DNA from: an uncultured Bacilli bacterium
Lineage (GTDB): Bacteria; Bacillota_I; Bacilli_A; RFN20; CAG-826
DNA length: 64,000 nt
Assembly: GCA_934168325.1 (NCBI GenBank)
Contig: CAKPNG010000004.1
Location: forward strand, 873 to 64,872
Direction: 5' to 3'
Shown here: positions 37,693-46,843 of the stretch, piece after piece
Layout of the letters: every line of letters begins with the position of its first letter
Numbering within the stretch: position 1 is the stretch's first letter
Translations under genes and position numbers: made by a program
The notes under the pieces: model-generated
Seen by the model: the letters and a program-made list of their open reading frames with translations, nothing else
The model's database searches: none
Told to the model about the DNA's origin: nothing

Positions 37693-37821
37693 AAATTTTC
37701 CCTCGCAATATATTAAATGATAGTAATTTAAGAAAAAAATAATTAATAAAAAATATCTCTTTATTTTGTATTAATAAAATTAAAATTTATTTGATAATAT
37801 CTTATATTTTATGCATTTATA

Positions 37822-38628
37822 TCACTTATTTTTAAAATCTAAATCAAGTATTTTTTTATATAAGTCTTCAATTAAGTGTTCATTTTGTGATGAAATAATT
37901 ATTTTATTTTTCTTAAGTGACACTTTTAAGTCTTCATTTTTTGTCTTGCTTCTAACTAAATCTTCTGTTTCTCTAACACTTAATTTATTTTTATAAATTT
38001 CATTTTTTATATCGATTGCTTCTAATTCACTAAGTCTAGAAATAGCTTTAGCATGTCCATAAGATAATTTTTCATTGACAACATCTTTTAATATCTCTTT
38101 AGGTAGATTTAATAACTGTAAAATATTAGATACTTGTGATGTAGATTGCTTTAATAATTTAGATAAATCTTTATTTTTATAATTAAATGATTTTCTTAAA
38201 TTATTAATTAAATATGCTACTTCTACAACGTTATAAGATTTTTGTTCAAGTGTATCAGCTAATAAAACTAATAAAGTTTCTTCATCATTAAAATTAGCAA
38301 TAATAACTGGAATTTCTTTTATTTTTAATATTTTACAAGCAATAAATAAACGTCTACCAATGACAATTTCATAATGATCTTTAACATGTCTAACAACTAA
38401 TGGTCTAATTAGTCCATTATCTAAAATATATTCTTTATATTCACTTAAATTAGATTCTGAAATACGAGCTTTCTTTAAAAATTGATTATCTTCTATTTCA
38501 TTTAATGGAATATTAACAATAGATTCACGAGCATAATTTTGTTCTATTGTTGGAATAACATCTGTATTTGAAAACTTTTCAAGTAAAGTTTTCAAATCAT
38601 TATTAATAATTTTATTTTGATTTTTCAT
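37822..38628 (-). CDS. parB: ParB/Spo0J-family partition protein with a degenerate arginine patch
   Basis: GLIRPLVVR (box I-like) and an HTH region. It aligns to Bacillus YDIVAGERRFRAAK as YEIVIGRRLFIACK, and lies immediately downstream of parA. Confidence 0.75.
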   Translation of the reverse strand: MKNQNKIINNDLKTLLEKFSNTDVIPTIEQNYARESIVNIPLNEIEDNQFLKKARISESNLSEYKEYILDNGLIRPLVVRHVKDHYEIVIGRRLFIACKILKIKEIPVIIANFNDEETLLVLLADTLEQKSYNVVEVAYLINNLRKSFNYKNKDLSKLLKQSTSQVSNILQLLNLPKEILKDVVNEKLSYGHAKAISRLSELEAIDIKNEIYKNKLSVRETEDLVRSKTKNEDLKVSLKKNKIIISSQNEHLIEDLYKKILDLDFKNK

Positions 38629-39388
38629 TTTGGATAATTTCTTTAGCTAATTGATTATAAGCTAAAGTTCCAGCACTATTTGGCCTATATAATATTGAAG
38701 GTAAGCCTTTTGCACTAGCTTCGCTTAAAGAAATATTACGAGGAATAATTGTATGATATGTATTTTCTAAGAAATATTTACGTACTTGTTCAACGACTTC
38801 ATTTCCTAATTTAGAACGAGGTTCAAACATTGTTAATAAGAATCCTTCTACTTGTAAAGATTGATTATATTTAGATTGAACATTTTTAATAGTAGCTAAA
38901 ACTTGTGCTAATCCTTCCATAGCAAAATATTCGCATTGGATCGGAACTAATACACTATCTGCAGCTACTAAAGCATTTAAACTTAATATACCTAAAGATG
39001 GTGGACAATCAATTAATATATAATCATATTTATTTTTAACATATATCATTAAATTCTTTAATAATTCAAATGGTTTAGCGGAATTTTTAGAAATAATTTC
39101 ACTTTCTAAATTGGATAATTTTAAATTACTAGGAACTACTTCTAAATTTTTCATTGCGGATTTACGAATAATTTTTAAAATATCACAATCTAAAATTAAT
39201 GCATCAAAAATAGTTTTATTAATTAAAGATATATCAACACCAAGCCCACGAGAAGAATTTCCTTGAGGATCAAGATCTATTAATAATACTTTTCTTTTTA
39301 AATGTGCTAAAGATGCACCTAAATTTATAGAGGTCGTAGTTTTACCTACTCCACCTTTATGATTACAAATCGCAATTATTTTACCCAT
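38612..39388 (-). CDS. soj: ParA/Soj partition ATPase
   Basis: Deviant Walker A NHKGGVGKTTT, DLDPQGN, and IDCPPSLG. Confidence 0.9.
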   Translation of the reverse strand: MGKIIAICNHKGGVGKTTTSINLGASLAHLKRKVLLIDLDPQGNSSRGLGVDISLINKTIFDALILDCDILKIIRKSAMKNLEVVPSNLKLSNLESEIISKNSAKPFELLKNLMIYVKNKYDYILIDCPPSLGILSLNALVAADSVLVPIQCEYFAMEGLAQVLATIKNVQSKYNQSLQVEGFLLTMFEPRSKLGNEVVEQVRKYFLENTYHTIIPRNISLSEASAKGLPSILYRPNSAGTLAYNQLAKEIIQNEKSK

Positions 39389-39396
39389 ATTCTTTA

Positions 39397-40095
39397 TTAT
39401 AACGGTTTATTTAAAATTGTAGAATAATAACGTGGATATTTTTTATCAGTTTTATTATTTTTAGTTATAACTACAATATATCTATCTTGATTTATGACTG
39501 GTAATGTATATTTAAATTCTAAATTAATACTACTATTTAACGCTTTTAATGTATTTTTAGCTTTCATTTCTTCTTCTTTATAACTTATTCCTTTATAAGC
39601 AAAAAATGTTCCATTTATTTTTATAAAAGGTAATGTTAATTCAGAAATAATTCTTAATTCTGATACTGCTCTAGTAATAGCATAATCAAAAAAGTTACGA
39701 TATTTATCGTCTAATTCTTCAAATCTAGAATTAACAATATGTATATTATTTAAATTTAATTTCTCTTTAACTAAAGATAAAAATAAACATTTCTTTTTAT
39801 TTGTTTCAACTAAATAAAAAGAAACATTAGGATATTTTATAGCTAAAGGGATTGAAGGAAATCCAGCTCCAGGTCCTAAATCAACTACATTAGTATTATC
39901 ATTAAATTCTTTATATAAAATTAAAGAATAAGAATCATAAAAATGTTTAATAATAAAGTCTTCTTCATTAAGAATAGCTGTTAAATTATATTTTTTATTT
40001 TCTTCAATTACAAAATTATAAAAAGTAATTAACTTTTCTTTATCATTATCACTTAAATTAAAGACATTTAATAAATCTAAATCTTTAATAATCAT
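39397..40095 (-). CDS. rsmG: 16S rRNA (guanine527-N7)-methyltransferase RsmG (GidB)
   Basis: SAM motif VVDLGPGAGFPSIPLAI, together with its position downstream of mnmG. Confidence 0.85.
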   Translation of the reverse strand: MIIKDLDLLNVFNLSDNDKEKLITFYNFVIEENKKYNLTAILNEEDFIIKHFYDSYSLILYKEFNDNTNVVDLGPGAGFPSIPLAIKYPNVSFYLVETNKKKCLFLSLVKEKLNLNNIHIVNSRFEELDDKYRNFFDYAITRAVSELRIISELTLPFIKINGTFFAYKGISYKEEEMKAKNTLKALNSSINLEFKYTLPVINQDRYIVVITKNNKTDKKYPRYYSTILNKPL

Positions 40096-41969
40096 TTTAA
40101 ATCACCTTTTTTAATATGAATTATTAAAGCATTAATATCACTTGGATTTACTCCACTAATTCTACTAGCTTGTCCAATATCTTTTGGTTGAACTTTATTA
40201 AATTTTTGTCTAGCTTCTAAAGCTAAGCAATCTAATTTAGAATAGTCAAAATTTTCTGGTAATTTAATTGATTCTAATTTCTTTGCTTTTAAAGCTTCAG
40301 CTCTTTCATTTTCAATATATCCAGCATATTTAACTAAAATTGATAATTGTTTTTCACCTATTGGATCTAATTTAATATATTCTGGATAATCAATCATATA
40401 TTCTTTTAAACGAGAAAAAGTTACATTATTTCTTTTTAAAATATCTTCATAGGTTACACCATTTTCAAGTCTTTCGTATCCTAGTTCGACCAAATAATCA
40501 TTAACTTTATTAGTTCTTCCAAAGTGGTTATTTTTTAAATAATCCAGCAAAACTAAAATATTTTTCTTCTTTTCGATAAATTCATCATATCTAGATTGAC
40601 TAATTAAACCTAATTTATAGCCATATTCTGTAAGTCTTAAATCAGCATTATCATGTCTTAATAAAAGTCTATATTCAGCTCTACTTGATAATAATCTATA
40701 AGGTTCTTTAGTTCCTTTTGTAATTAAATCATCAATCATAACACCAATATAAGCTTCATCTCTATTTAAGATAAATGGAGGTAAATTTTTAATATATTGT
40801 CCAGCATTAATACCAGCCATTAATCCTAATCCAGCGGCTTCTTCATAGCCACTAGTTCCACAAATTTGACCAGCAATAAATAATCCTTTATATTTTTTAA
40901 CCATTAATGATGTATCAAATTGAGTTGGATCAAGAGCATCATATTCAATAGCATAAGCATATTTTAAAATTTTAGCATTTTCTAATCCTGGTAAAGAATG
41001 AACCATTTTATCTTGAATATCAATTGGCATAGATGTAGAAAATCCTTGTAAATAAATACTATTAGTATCGTAACTTTCAGGTTCTAAAAATAATTGATGA
41101 CGTGGTTTATCACTAAATCTAACTATTTTATCTTCAATTGATGGGCAATATCTAGGACCAACACCTTTAACTAATCCACTATACATTGCACTTTCAAGTA
41201 AATTATCTTTAATAATTTTATGAGTTTCAGGAGTTGTATAAATTAACCAGCAAGGGATTTGTTCTGAAATAGGAATAAAATCATGATCTTCATAAGAGAA
41301 TCCTTCATCTTCAACATTTCCTAATTGAATTATACCTTTTGAAAAATCGATACTTTCTTTAGCAATACGTTGAGGAGTGCCAGTTTTAAGTCTAATAATT
41401 TCAATACCCATTCTTTTTAAAGAATCGCTTAACCCAATTGATGGCTTTTCTCCATCTGGTCCACCAACTGTTTTATTATGGCCTACAAGTATCTCACTAT
41501 TCATATAAGTACCAGTTGCTAAAATAACAGCTTTTGAAAAAATATCTTGGTTTTGCGAGGTTTTTACACCAAAAACAGTACTTTCATCATAAAGTAAATC
41601 AACAACCATATCTTCTAAAATATCAAGATTTTTGGTTTCTTTTAAATGCTCTTGGATATAATGAGGATATCTTTTTTTATCAGCTTGAGCTCTTAAACAT
41701 TGAACTCCAGGTCCTTTTTTAGTATTGAGCATTTTCATTTGTAAGTATTCATGATCAGCTGCTTTGCCCATAAAGCCACCAAGAGCATCAATTTCTCTTA
41801 CAACAATACCTTTTGCACTTCCACCAATTGATGGATTACATGGCATATTGGATACCATTTTAAAATTTAAAGTAATTAAAAGAGTTGCAAATCCTCTATT
41901 TGCACAAGCTAAAGAAGCTTCTACACCTGCGTGTCCTCCACCAACTACAATAACATCATATTTTTTCAT
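40092..41969 (-). CDS. mnmG: tRNA uridine 5-carboxymethylaminomethyl modification enzyme MnmG (GidA)
   Basis: FAD motif YDVIVVGGGHAGVEA, NPSIGGSAKG and GQICGTSGYEEAA. Confidence 0.95.
   Translation of the reverse strand: MKKYDVIVVGGGHAGVEASLACANRGFATLLITLNFKMVSNMPCNPSIGGSAKGIVVREIDALGGFMGKAADHEYLQMKMLNTKKGPGVQCLRAQADKKRYPHYIQEHLKETKNLDILEDMVVDLLYDESTVFGVKTSQNQDIFSKAVILATGTYMNSEILVGHNKTVGGPDGEKPSIGLSDSLKRMGIEIIRLKTGTPQRIAKESIDFSKGIIQLGNVEDEGFSYEDHDFIPISEQIPCWLIYTTPETHKIIKDNLLESAMYSGLVKGVGPRYCPSIEDKIVRFSDKPRHQLFLEPESYDTNSIYLQGFSTSMPIDIQDKMVHSLPGLENAKILKYAYAIEYDALDPTQFDTSLMVKKYKGLFIAGQICGTSGYEEAAGLGLMAGINAGQYIKNLPPFILNRDEAYIGVMIDDLITKGTKEPYRLLSSRAEYRLLLRHDNADLRLTEYGYKLGLISQSRYDEFIEKKKNILVLLDYLKNNHFGRTNKVNDYLVELGYERLENGVTYEDILKRNNVTFSRLKEYMIDYPEYIKLDPIGEKQLSILVKYAGYIENERAEALKAKKLESIKLPENFDYSKLDCLALEARQKFNKVQPKDIGQASRISGVNPSDINALIIHIKKGDLK
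41549..41567 (+). repeat. Looser copy F of the dispersed motif (antisense inside mnmG)
   Basis: GGTTTTGCGAGGTTTTTAC. Confidence 0.35.
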
Positions 41970-43369
41970 TAACCAACACTTCCATCCATATCGAGTTTAA
42001 TTAATTGATTAAGCTCTACAGCATATTCCATTGGTAATTCTCTACTAAATGGTTCAATAAATCCCATAATAATCATTTGAGTTGCATCTTGTTTTGAAAT
42101 ACCACGACTCATTAAATAATATAATTGTTCTTCATCTATTTTACTAACAGTTGCTTCATGCTCTAAAAATGAAGAATTATTTAAACATTCATTCTTTGGT
42201 ATTGTATCACTTTTAGAAATATCATCTAAAATTAAAGTATCACATTCAACATGAGCTTTTGAATTTTTAGCATTAGCTTTAATTCTAACAGTACCTCTAT
42301 AATTACTAACTCCACCATTTCTAACAATAGATTTAGAAATAATTTGAGAAGTTGTATTAGGTGCTTCATGAATCATTCTAGCACCTGCATCTTGAAATTG
42401 ACCTTTACTAGCTACAGCAATAGAAATACAAATTCCTTTAGCAAATGGTTCTTTTAAAATACATGCTGGATATTTCATATTGACTTGGGAGCCAATATTT
42501 CCATCAATCCACTCCATTTTGCCGTTTTCATAAACAGCAGCTCTTTTAGTAACCAAATTAACAATATTATTTGACCAGTTTTGAATAGTTGAATAACGAC
42601 ATTTAGCATCTTTACATACAATAATTTCAACAACTGCAGCATGTAATGATTCTTTTGAATATATAGGAGCAGTACATCCTTCTACATAATGAACTTCTGC
42701 ACCTTCATCTACTATAATTAAAGTTCTTTCAAATTGACCAGTTTTTTCATTATTAATTCTAAAATAAGATTGTAATGGTTTCTCTAATTTAACGCCTTTA
42801 GGAACATAAATAAAAGATCCACCACTCCAAACAGCACCATTAAGTGCACTAAATTTATTATCTTGATAAGGAACAACAGTTCCAAAATATTTTTTAAATA
42901 AATCTGGATATAATTTTAAAGCTAAGTCGGTTGAAAGGAAAATAACTCCTTTTTCTCTAACTTCTTCAAGCATATTATGATATACCATTTCAGATTCATA
43001 TTGAGTAGCAGCACCAGCTAAATATTTTTGTTCAGCTTCAGGAATACCTAATTTTTTAAAGGTATTTTTAATGGTTTCAGGTACTTCATCCCATGAATTT
43101 TCTTCTTTTTTACTATATCTTGTAAAATATGTGTAACTATTAAAATCTAAATCAGTAACGTCAGGTCCAAAATTAGGAAATTTCAATTTTAAAAAAGTTC
43201 TATATGCTTGAAGTCTATATTCAAGCATCCATTCTGGTTCATTTTTAGCTTTAGAAATTGTTCTTACAACTTCTTCATTTAATCCTTTTCCAGTATCAAA
43301 AATAGATTGAGAATCATCTTTAAAATCATATTTATAATCATCAGTTATAATATCAGTCTTTTTTGCCAT
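41969..43369 (-). CDS. sufB: Fe-S cluster assembly scaffold SufB
   Basis: I prefer the start [18 protein letters not shown], which is Bacillus-like and has GGAG 9 nt upstream. Conserved SufB core. The stop overlaps the mnmG start (TAATG). Confidence 0.9.
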   Translation of the reverse strand: MAKKTDIITDDYKYDFKDDSQSIFDTGKGLNEEVVRTISKAKNEPEWMLEYRLQAYRTFLKLKFPNFGPDVTDLDFNSYTYFTRYSKKEENSWDEVPETIKNTFKKLGIPEAEQKYLAGAATQYESEMVYHNMLEEVREKGVIFLSTDLALKLYPDLFKKYFGTVVPYQDNKFSALNGAVWSGGSFIYVPKGVKLEKPLQSYFRINNEKTGQFERTLIIVDEGAEVHYVEGCTAPIYSKESLHAAVVEIIVCKDAKCRYSTIQNWSNNIVNLVTKRAAVYENGKMEWIDGNIGSQVNMKYPACILKEPFAKGICISIAVASKGQFQDAGARMIHEAPNTTSQIISKSIVRNGGVSNYRGTVRIKANAKNSKAHVECDTLILDDISKSDTIPKNECLNNSSFLEHEATVSKIDEEQLYYLMSRGISKQDATQMIIMGFIEPFSRELPMEYAVELNQLIKLDMDGSVG

Positions 43370-43808
43370 CTTTCTCATCTCCATTCATCAACTCTTTTAA
43401 ACCATTCCAACCTAAAGTAGCACATTTAATTCTAGCTGCTTGTTTATATGTGTTTTGAAAAACTACTGCTTCATCAAGTGTTTCTTCATCATATGGTTTT
43501 TCATAAATCATATTAAAATATTCATTAATAATTTTATTAGCTTCATCAAAATTTTTACCTTTTACAAGGTCACACATAATGTCAGTGCTAGATGTACAAA
43601 TAGTGCAAGCAACTCCATCAAATTTAACATCTTCAATCTTATTATCTTTGGCTTTAAGATAAATAGTTATATCATCAATACAACTAGTAGAGTCCATTCT
43701 AATTGTTTTATATTCATCAGTATTTGTAGGAGTTATTTTGTTATTTGGATTATTATAGTGATCCATAATAATCTCTCTCATCATAATAGGATTAAGCAAA
43801 GTAGGCAT
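43353..43808 (-). CDS. sufU: Zinc-dependent sulfur transferase SufU (IscU-like)
   Basis: Three conserved Cys residues ([25 protein letters not shown]). SD GGAGGAG lies 9 nt upstream of the ATG. Confidence 0.85.
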   Translation of the reverse strand: MPTLLNPIMMREIIMDHYNNPNNKITPTNTDEYKTIRMDSTSCIDDITIYLKAKDNKIEDVKFDGVACTICTSSTDIMCDLVKGKNFDEANKIINEYFNMIYEKPYDEETLDEAVVFQNTYKQAARIKCATLGWNGLKELMNGDEKDGKKD

Positions 43809-45021
43809 CTAAAAAATCTCCTCCAGTCTTTAAGGCTTCATATAAAGAATCAATCTCTTCTTTTGTATTATAAAAATAAAAACTTATTCTTACTGTAGCT
43901 ACAGTATGTAAAAATTCATGTAAAATTTTAGCGCAATGTTCACCACTTCTAACACATATACCTTTACTATTTAAGTAGCTAGCTTCATCTTGAGCAAAGA
44001 CATCTTTTACATTAATAGTGATAATTGAACCTTCTGCATTTTCGTTATAAATAATGACGTTCTGCAGGGTTTTTAATTTATTTATGGCATATTTTCTTAA
44101 TTCAGCTTCATATTTTTCGATGTTTTCCATACCTAAATTATTTAAATAATCGATAGCAGCACCTAAGCCATATATGCCAGCTAAATTCATAGTTCCAGCT
44201 TCAAATTTTGCAGGTGGTTCTAAAAATGCAACATTTCCACACATATCAAATCTAGCATTATTTCCACCACCACTCATAAATGGATCAGTCTTTCTTAATA
44301 AATCATATTTACCATATAAAACACCAATTCCAGTTGGTCCACACATTTTATGAGCACTAAAGGATAAGAAATCACAATCTAAATCTTTAACATCTATTTT
44401 CATATGAGGAACACTTTGAGCTCCATCTACTACTAAAATAGCACCATGTTCATGAACAACTTTAGCAATTTCTTTAATATCAGCTAAGAAAGCTAATACA
44501 TTAGTAATTTGAGCTAAAGCAACAATTTTAGTATTTTTTGTAATAGCACTTTTTACTGCTTCAACTGTCAATCTACCTTCTTTATTTAAAGGTATATAAT
44601 TGATTTTACAATGAGTTATTTCTTTAACTTTAAACCAAGGTAAAACGTTACTTGCGTGTTCTGCTTCAGTTAATAATATCTCATCATTTTCAGTCATATA
44701 TTTTATACCATAACCAAAAGCGACTTGATTTATAGACATTGAAGTACCACTAGTAAAAACTACTTCTTCCTTATTAGCGTTAATAAATTTGGCAACTTTA
44801 GTTCTAACTTCATCAACTTTTTGATCAACTTTAAAAGCTAAATCATAATCTCCACGATGTGAATTAGCATTTTCATTTAAATAATATTCATCACTAGCTT
44901 TTATAACTGAATATGGTTTAAAAGTAGTAGCAGCACTATCAAAATATATTAAATCATGACCTTGTTGAGTCTTATTTTCTAACATTGGGAAATCTTTTCT
45001 TATTTTATAAACATCAAACAT
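43792..45021 (-). CDS. sufS: Cysteine desulfurase SufS (class II aminotransferase V)
   Basis: YFDSAATT, the PLP-Lys motif SAHKMCGPTG and the catalytic-Cys region RSGEHCA. I prefer the start MFDVYKIRKDFPML, though the track start at 45048 is possible. Confidence 0.9.
   Translation of the reverse strand: MFDVYKIRKDFPMLENKTQQGHDLIYFDSAATTFKPYSVIKASDEYYLNENANSHRGDYDLAFKVDQKVDEVRTKVAKFINANKEEVVFTSGTSMSINQVAFGYGIKYMTENDEILLTEAEHASNVLPWFKVKEITHCKINYIPLNKEGRLTVEAVKSAITKNTKIVALAQITNVLAFLADIKEIAKVVHEHGAILVVDGAQSVPHMKIDVKDLDCDFLSFSAHKMCGPTGIGVLYGKYDLLRKTDPFMSGGGNNARFDMCGNVAFLEPPAKFEAGTMNLAGIYGLGAAIDYLNNLGMENIEKYEAELRKYAINKLKTLQNVIIYNENAEGSIITINVKDVFAQDEASYLNSKGICVRSGEHCAKILHEFLHTVATVRISFYFYNTKEEIDSLYEALKTGGDFLDAYFA
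44050..44076 (+). repeat. Copy C of the dispersed motif family (antisense inside sufS)
   Basis: AATAATGACGTTCTGCAGGGTTTTTAA. The 14-mer TTCTGCAGGGTTTT at 44060-44073 is identical to 58808-58821, and copy C matches copy B at 20 of 22 positions. Confidence 0.7.
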
Positions 45022-45025
45022 ATCT

Positions 45026-45829
45026 TTATAAGCTCCCGTTAATTTCATTAAATATCTTTTCTTTTAAATCACCATCAAAATATTGAGTAATAGGTATTAA
45101 ATAACCTGTAGTAATAAGCTTTCTAGCATCATTAATATTTAGCCCTCTACTTAATAAATAGAATAAATGATCTTCATTTAATGCACCAATAGCACATCCA
45201 TGACTTGCTTTAATATCATCACAATCAATCTTTAAAGTAGGTGAAGCAATAGCTTTACTTGTTTCATCAAATAAGATTACTTTTACACTTTGTTTTGCAC
45301 TTGATTTTATTGAATCTTTTTCAATGTGAGATGTACCAATACACTTAATAGTTGCATTATTTTGAGATACACCAAAACCAGTTAAGATTGACGAAGTTCT
45401 TTCATTTAAATGTGAAAATGAAATACTATAATATTTGTTATTATTATTTTTAGCTAATGAAGCAAATCGGAATTCACTTGCACTATTTTCTCCGAATAAA
45501 ATAACATTACTATTTAATATAATATCTGTATCGCTTAAATCTGCAAAATACGTATTAAATATGGCGTTTCTGCAAAGATTTGCTTTCAAATTAAGCACTT
45601 TTTTAGTTTGGTTATTCACAACTTTAAAATCTAAAGAAGCATCATTTTGGATGAAAAAATTAATATTTGCATCATTAAAATTAGTCATAATAATTGATGC
45701 TTTAACATTGCTTGAAACATCAATATTAATCTCTTCTACATTTTCATCTAATGATAAAATAACATCTTCGTTATTTTTAATTGACAAAAAATTATTATTT
45801 TTAATTAAATCACTACTACTTATTTTCAT
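45026..45829 (-). CDS. sufD: Fe-S assembly protein SufD (short form, 267 aa)
   Basis: The C-terminal beta-helix/helical region resembles SufB (SHGCAIGALNEDHLFYLLSRGL), and the gene lies between sufC and sufS. Confidence 0.75.
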   Translation of the reverse strand: MKISSSDLIKNNNFLSIKNNEDVILSLDENVEEINIDVSSNVKASIIMTNFNDANINFFIQNDASLDFKVVNNQTKKVLNLKANLCRNAIFNTYFADLSDTDIILNSNVILFGENSASEFRFASLAKNNNNKYYSISFSHLNERTSSILTGFGVSQNNATIKCIGTSHIEKDSIKSSAKQSVKVILFDETSKAIASPTLKIDCDDIKASHGCAIGALNEDHLFYLLSRGLNINDARKLITTGYLIPITQYFDGDLKEKIFNEINGSL

Positions 45830-46655
45830 AATTTATTGCTTCTTTTGTTGCACATGCTCCAAGTGAAACTTTATTCATAGGTGCATTAGTATCTTCTTTT
45901 TCTATTTCAATACCGAGTTCTGTTTTAATCCATTCATAACCCATAGTATCAATTTTTTCAATTAAACTAGCATCACCACTAGTAGCAATTCTTCCATTTA
46001 TCATAACAAAGCATTTTGTTGGATGAATTAAATCAAATAATCTAGCATAGTGAGAAATAACTAAGAAACTAATATTTTGAGTTTCAAATTGTTTTTTAAT
46101 ACATTCACTAACGATATTAATAGCATCAACATCAAGGCCGCTATCAATTTCATCAAGCATTGCAAAACTAGGATTTAATAACATCATTTGTAAGATTTCA
46201 TTTCTTTTCTTTTCACCACCACTAAATCCTTCATTAAGCATTCTATTCATCATATCAAATGGCATATGAACTTCTTTACAAGCATTTTCTAATGATTTAT
46301 AAAATTTATATAAACTAACTTTCTTTTCATTATGAGAATTAATTGCATTCTTATAAAAATCAGCAGTAATAACACCAGGTATTTCACATGGATTTTGAAA
46401 AGCTAAAAACAAACCCTTACGACTTCTTTCATCAATAGACATCTTCAAAACATCTTCACCATTATAAGTTATTGAACCACTTGTAACTTTATATCTAGGA
46501 TTACCCATTATAGCAGCCATAAGAGTTGACTTACCATGGCCATTTGGTCCTAATAAAGCAACCATTTCATGATCATTAATTTCTAAGTTTACGCCCTTAA
46601 GGATTTCTTTATTTTCTATACTAACATGTAAATCTTTAATTACTAATTTCCCCAT
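45816..46655 (-). CDS. sufC: Fe-S assembly ATPase SufC
   Basis: Walker A GPNGHGKST, signature FSGGEKKR and Walker B AMLDEIDSGLD. I prefer the start at the third track codon, with GAGGA 6 nt upstream. Confidence 0.9.
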   Translation of the reverse strand: MGKLVIKDLHVSIENKEILKGVNLEINDHEMVALLGPNGHGKSTLMAAIMGNPRYKVTSGSITYNGEDVLKMSIDERSRKGLFLAFQNPCEIPGVITADFYKNAINSHNEKKVSLYKFYKSLENACKEVHMPFDMMNRMLNEGFSGGEKKRNEILQMMLLNPSFAMLDEIDSGLDVDAINIVSECIKKQFETQNISFLVISHYARLFDLIHPTKCFVMINGRIATSGDASLIEKIDTMGYEWIKTELGIEIEKEDTNAPMNKVSLGACATKEAINYENK

Positions 46656-46671
46656 AATCATTCCTCAAACG

Positions 46672-46688
46672 TTGATATTTTATATCAA
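46672..46688. promoter_or_regulatory. Palindrome TTGATAT-TTT-ATATCAA just upstream of the sufC RBS (Fur/PerR-box-like)
   Basis: Perfect 7-bp arms. The inner 15 nt, TGATATAAAATATCA, resemble the 7-1-7 Fur-family consensus TGATAATnATTATCA. Confidence 0.35.
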
Positions 46689-46766
46689 TTTGAATATGAT
46701 AACAAATAATAAGACTATTTTTTTAAAATAATTTTAATTAGTAGCTCCAAAAACAGCAAAAATCTA

Positions 46767-46795
46767 TTGAGATATTTATACTATAAGTATAAAAT
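46767..46795 (+). promoter_or_regulatory. Sigma-A-type promoter for the PrsA-like lipoprotein operon
   Basis: TTGAGA (46767-46772), a 17-nt spacer, then TAAAAT (46790-46795), about 50 nt upstream of the ATG at 46844. Confidence 0.4.
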
Positions 46796-46843
46796 AGAAA
46801 AAGCTATTTGAAAGGTAGTTATATTTTTAGGAGGAAAAACGAG

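Noticed and set aside
37693-37821. Possible oriC / DnaA-box cluster next to parB, as expected from Bacillus-type synteny.
   Set aside because: I found no TTATCCACA-like boxes in the 129-bp spacer, no dnaA, dnaN or rnpA nearby, and no strand switch at this point. The strand switch at 46662-46843 is a short divergent promoter region followed by minus-strand genes again.
37822-39388. parS site (TGTTNCACGTGAAACA) inside or near parAB.
   Set aside because: Only half-site-like fragments were seen by eye (for example TGTTTCTCTAACA around 37966-37978), with no palindromic partner. A computational scan is needed before concluding absence.
46808-46843. N-terminal extensions proposed by the ORF track here, and at 48684-48737, 60760-60846, 62532-62540, 60555-60572, 25207-25239, 7732-7764, 43370-43384, 45022-45048 and 46656-46661.
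   Set aside because: Internal ATGs are preceded by good Shine-Dalgarno sequences at proper spacing. They also give canonical N-termini, such as a lipoprotein signal peptide, MAKK... for SufB and MKIVIDMMGGD for PlsX. Several of the longer starts are TTG codons or overlap the SD or a terminator hairpin.
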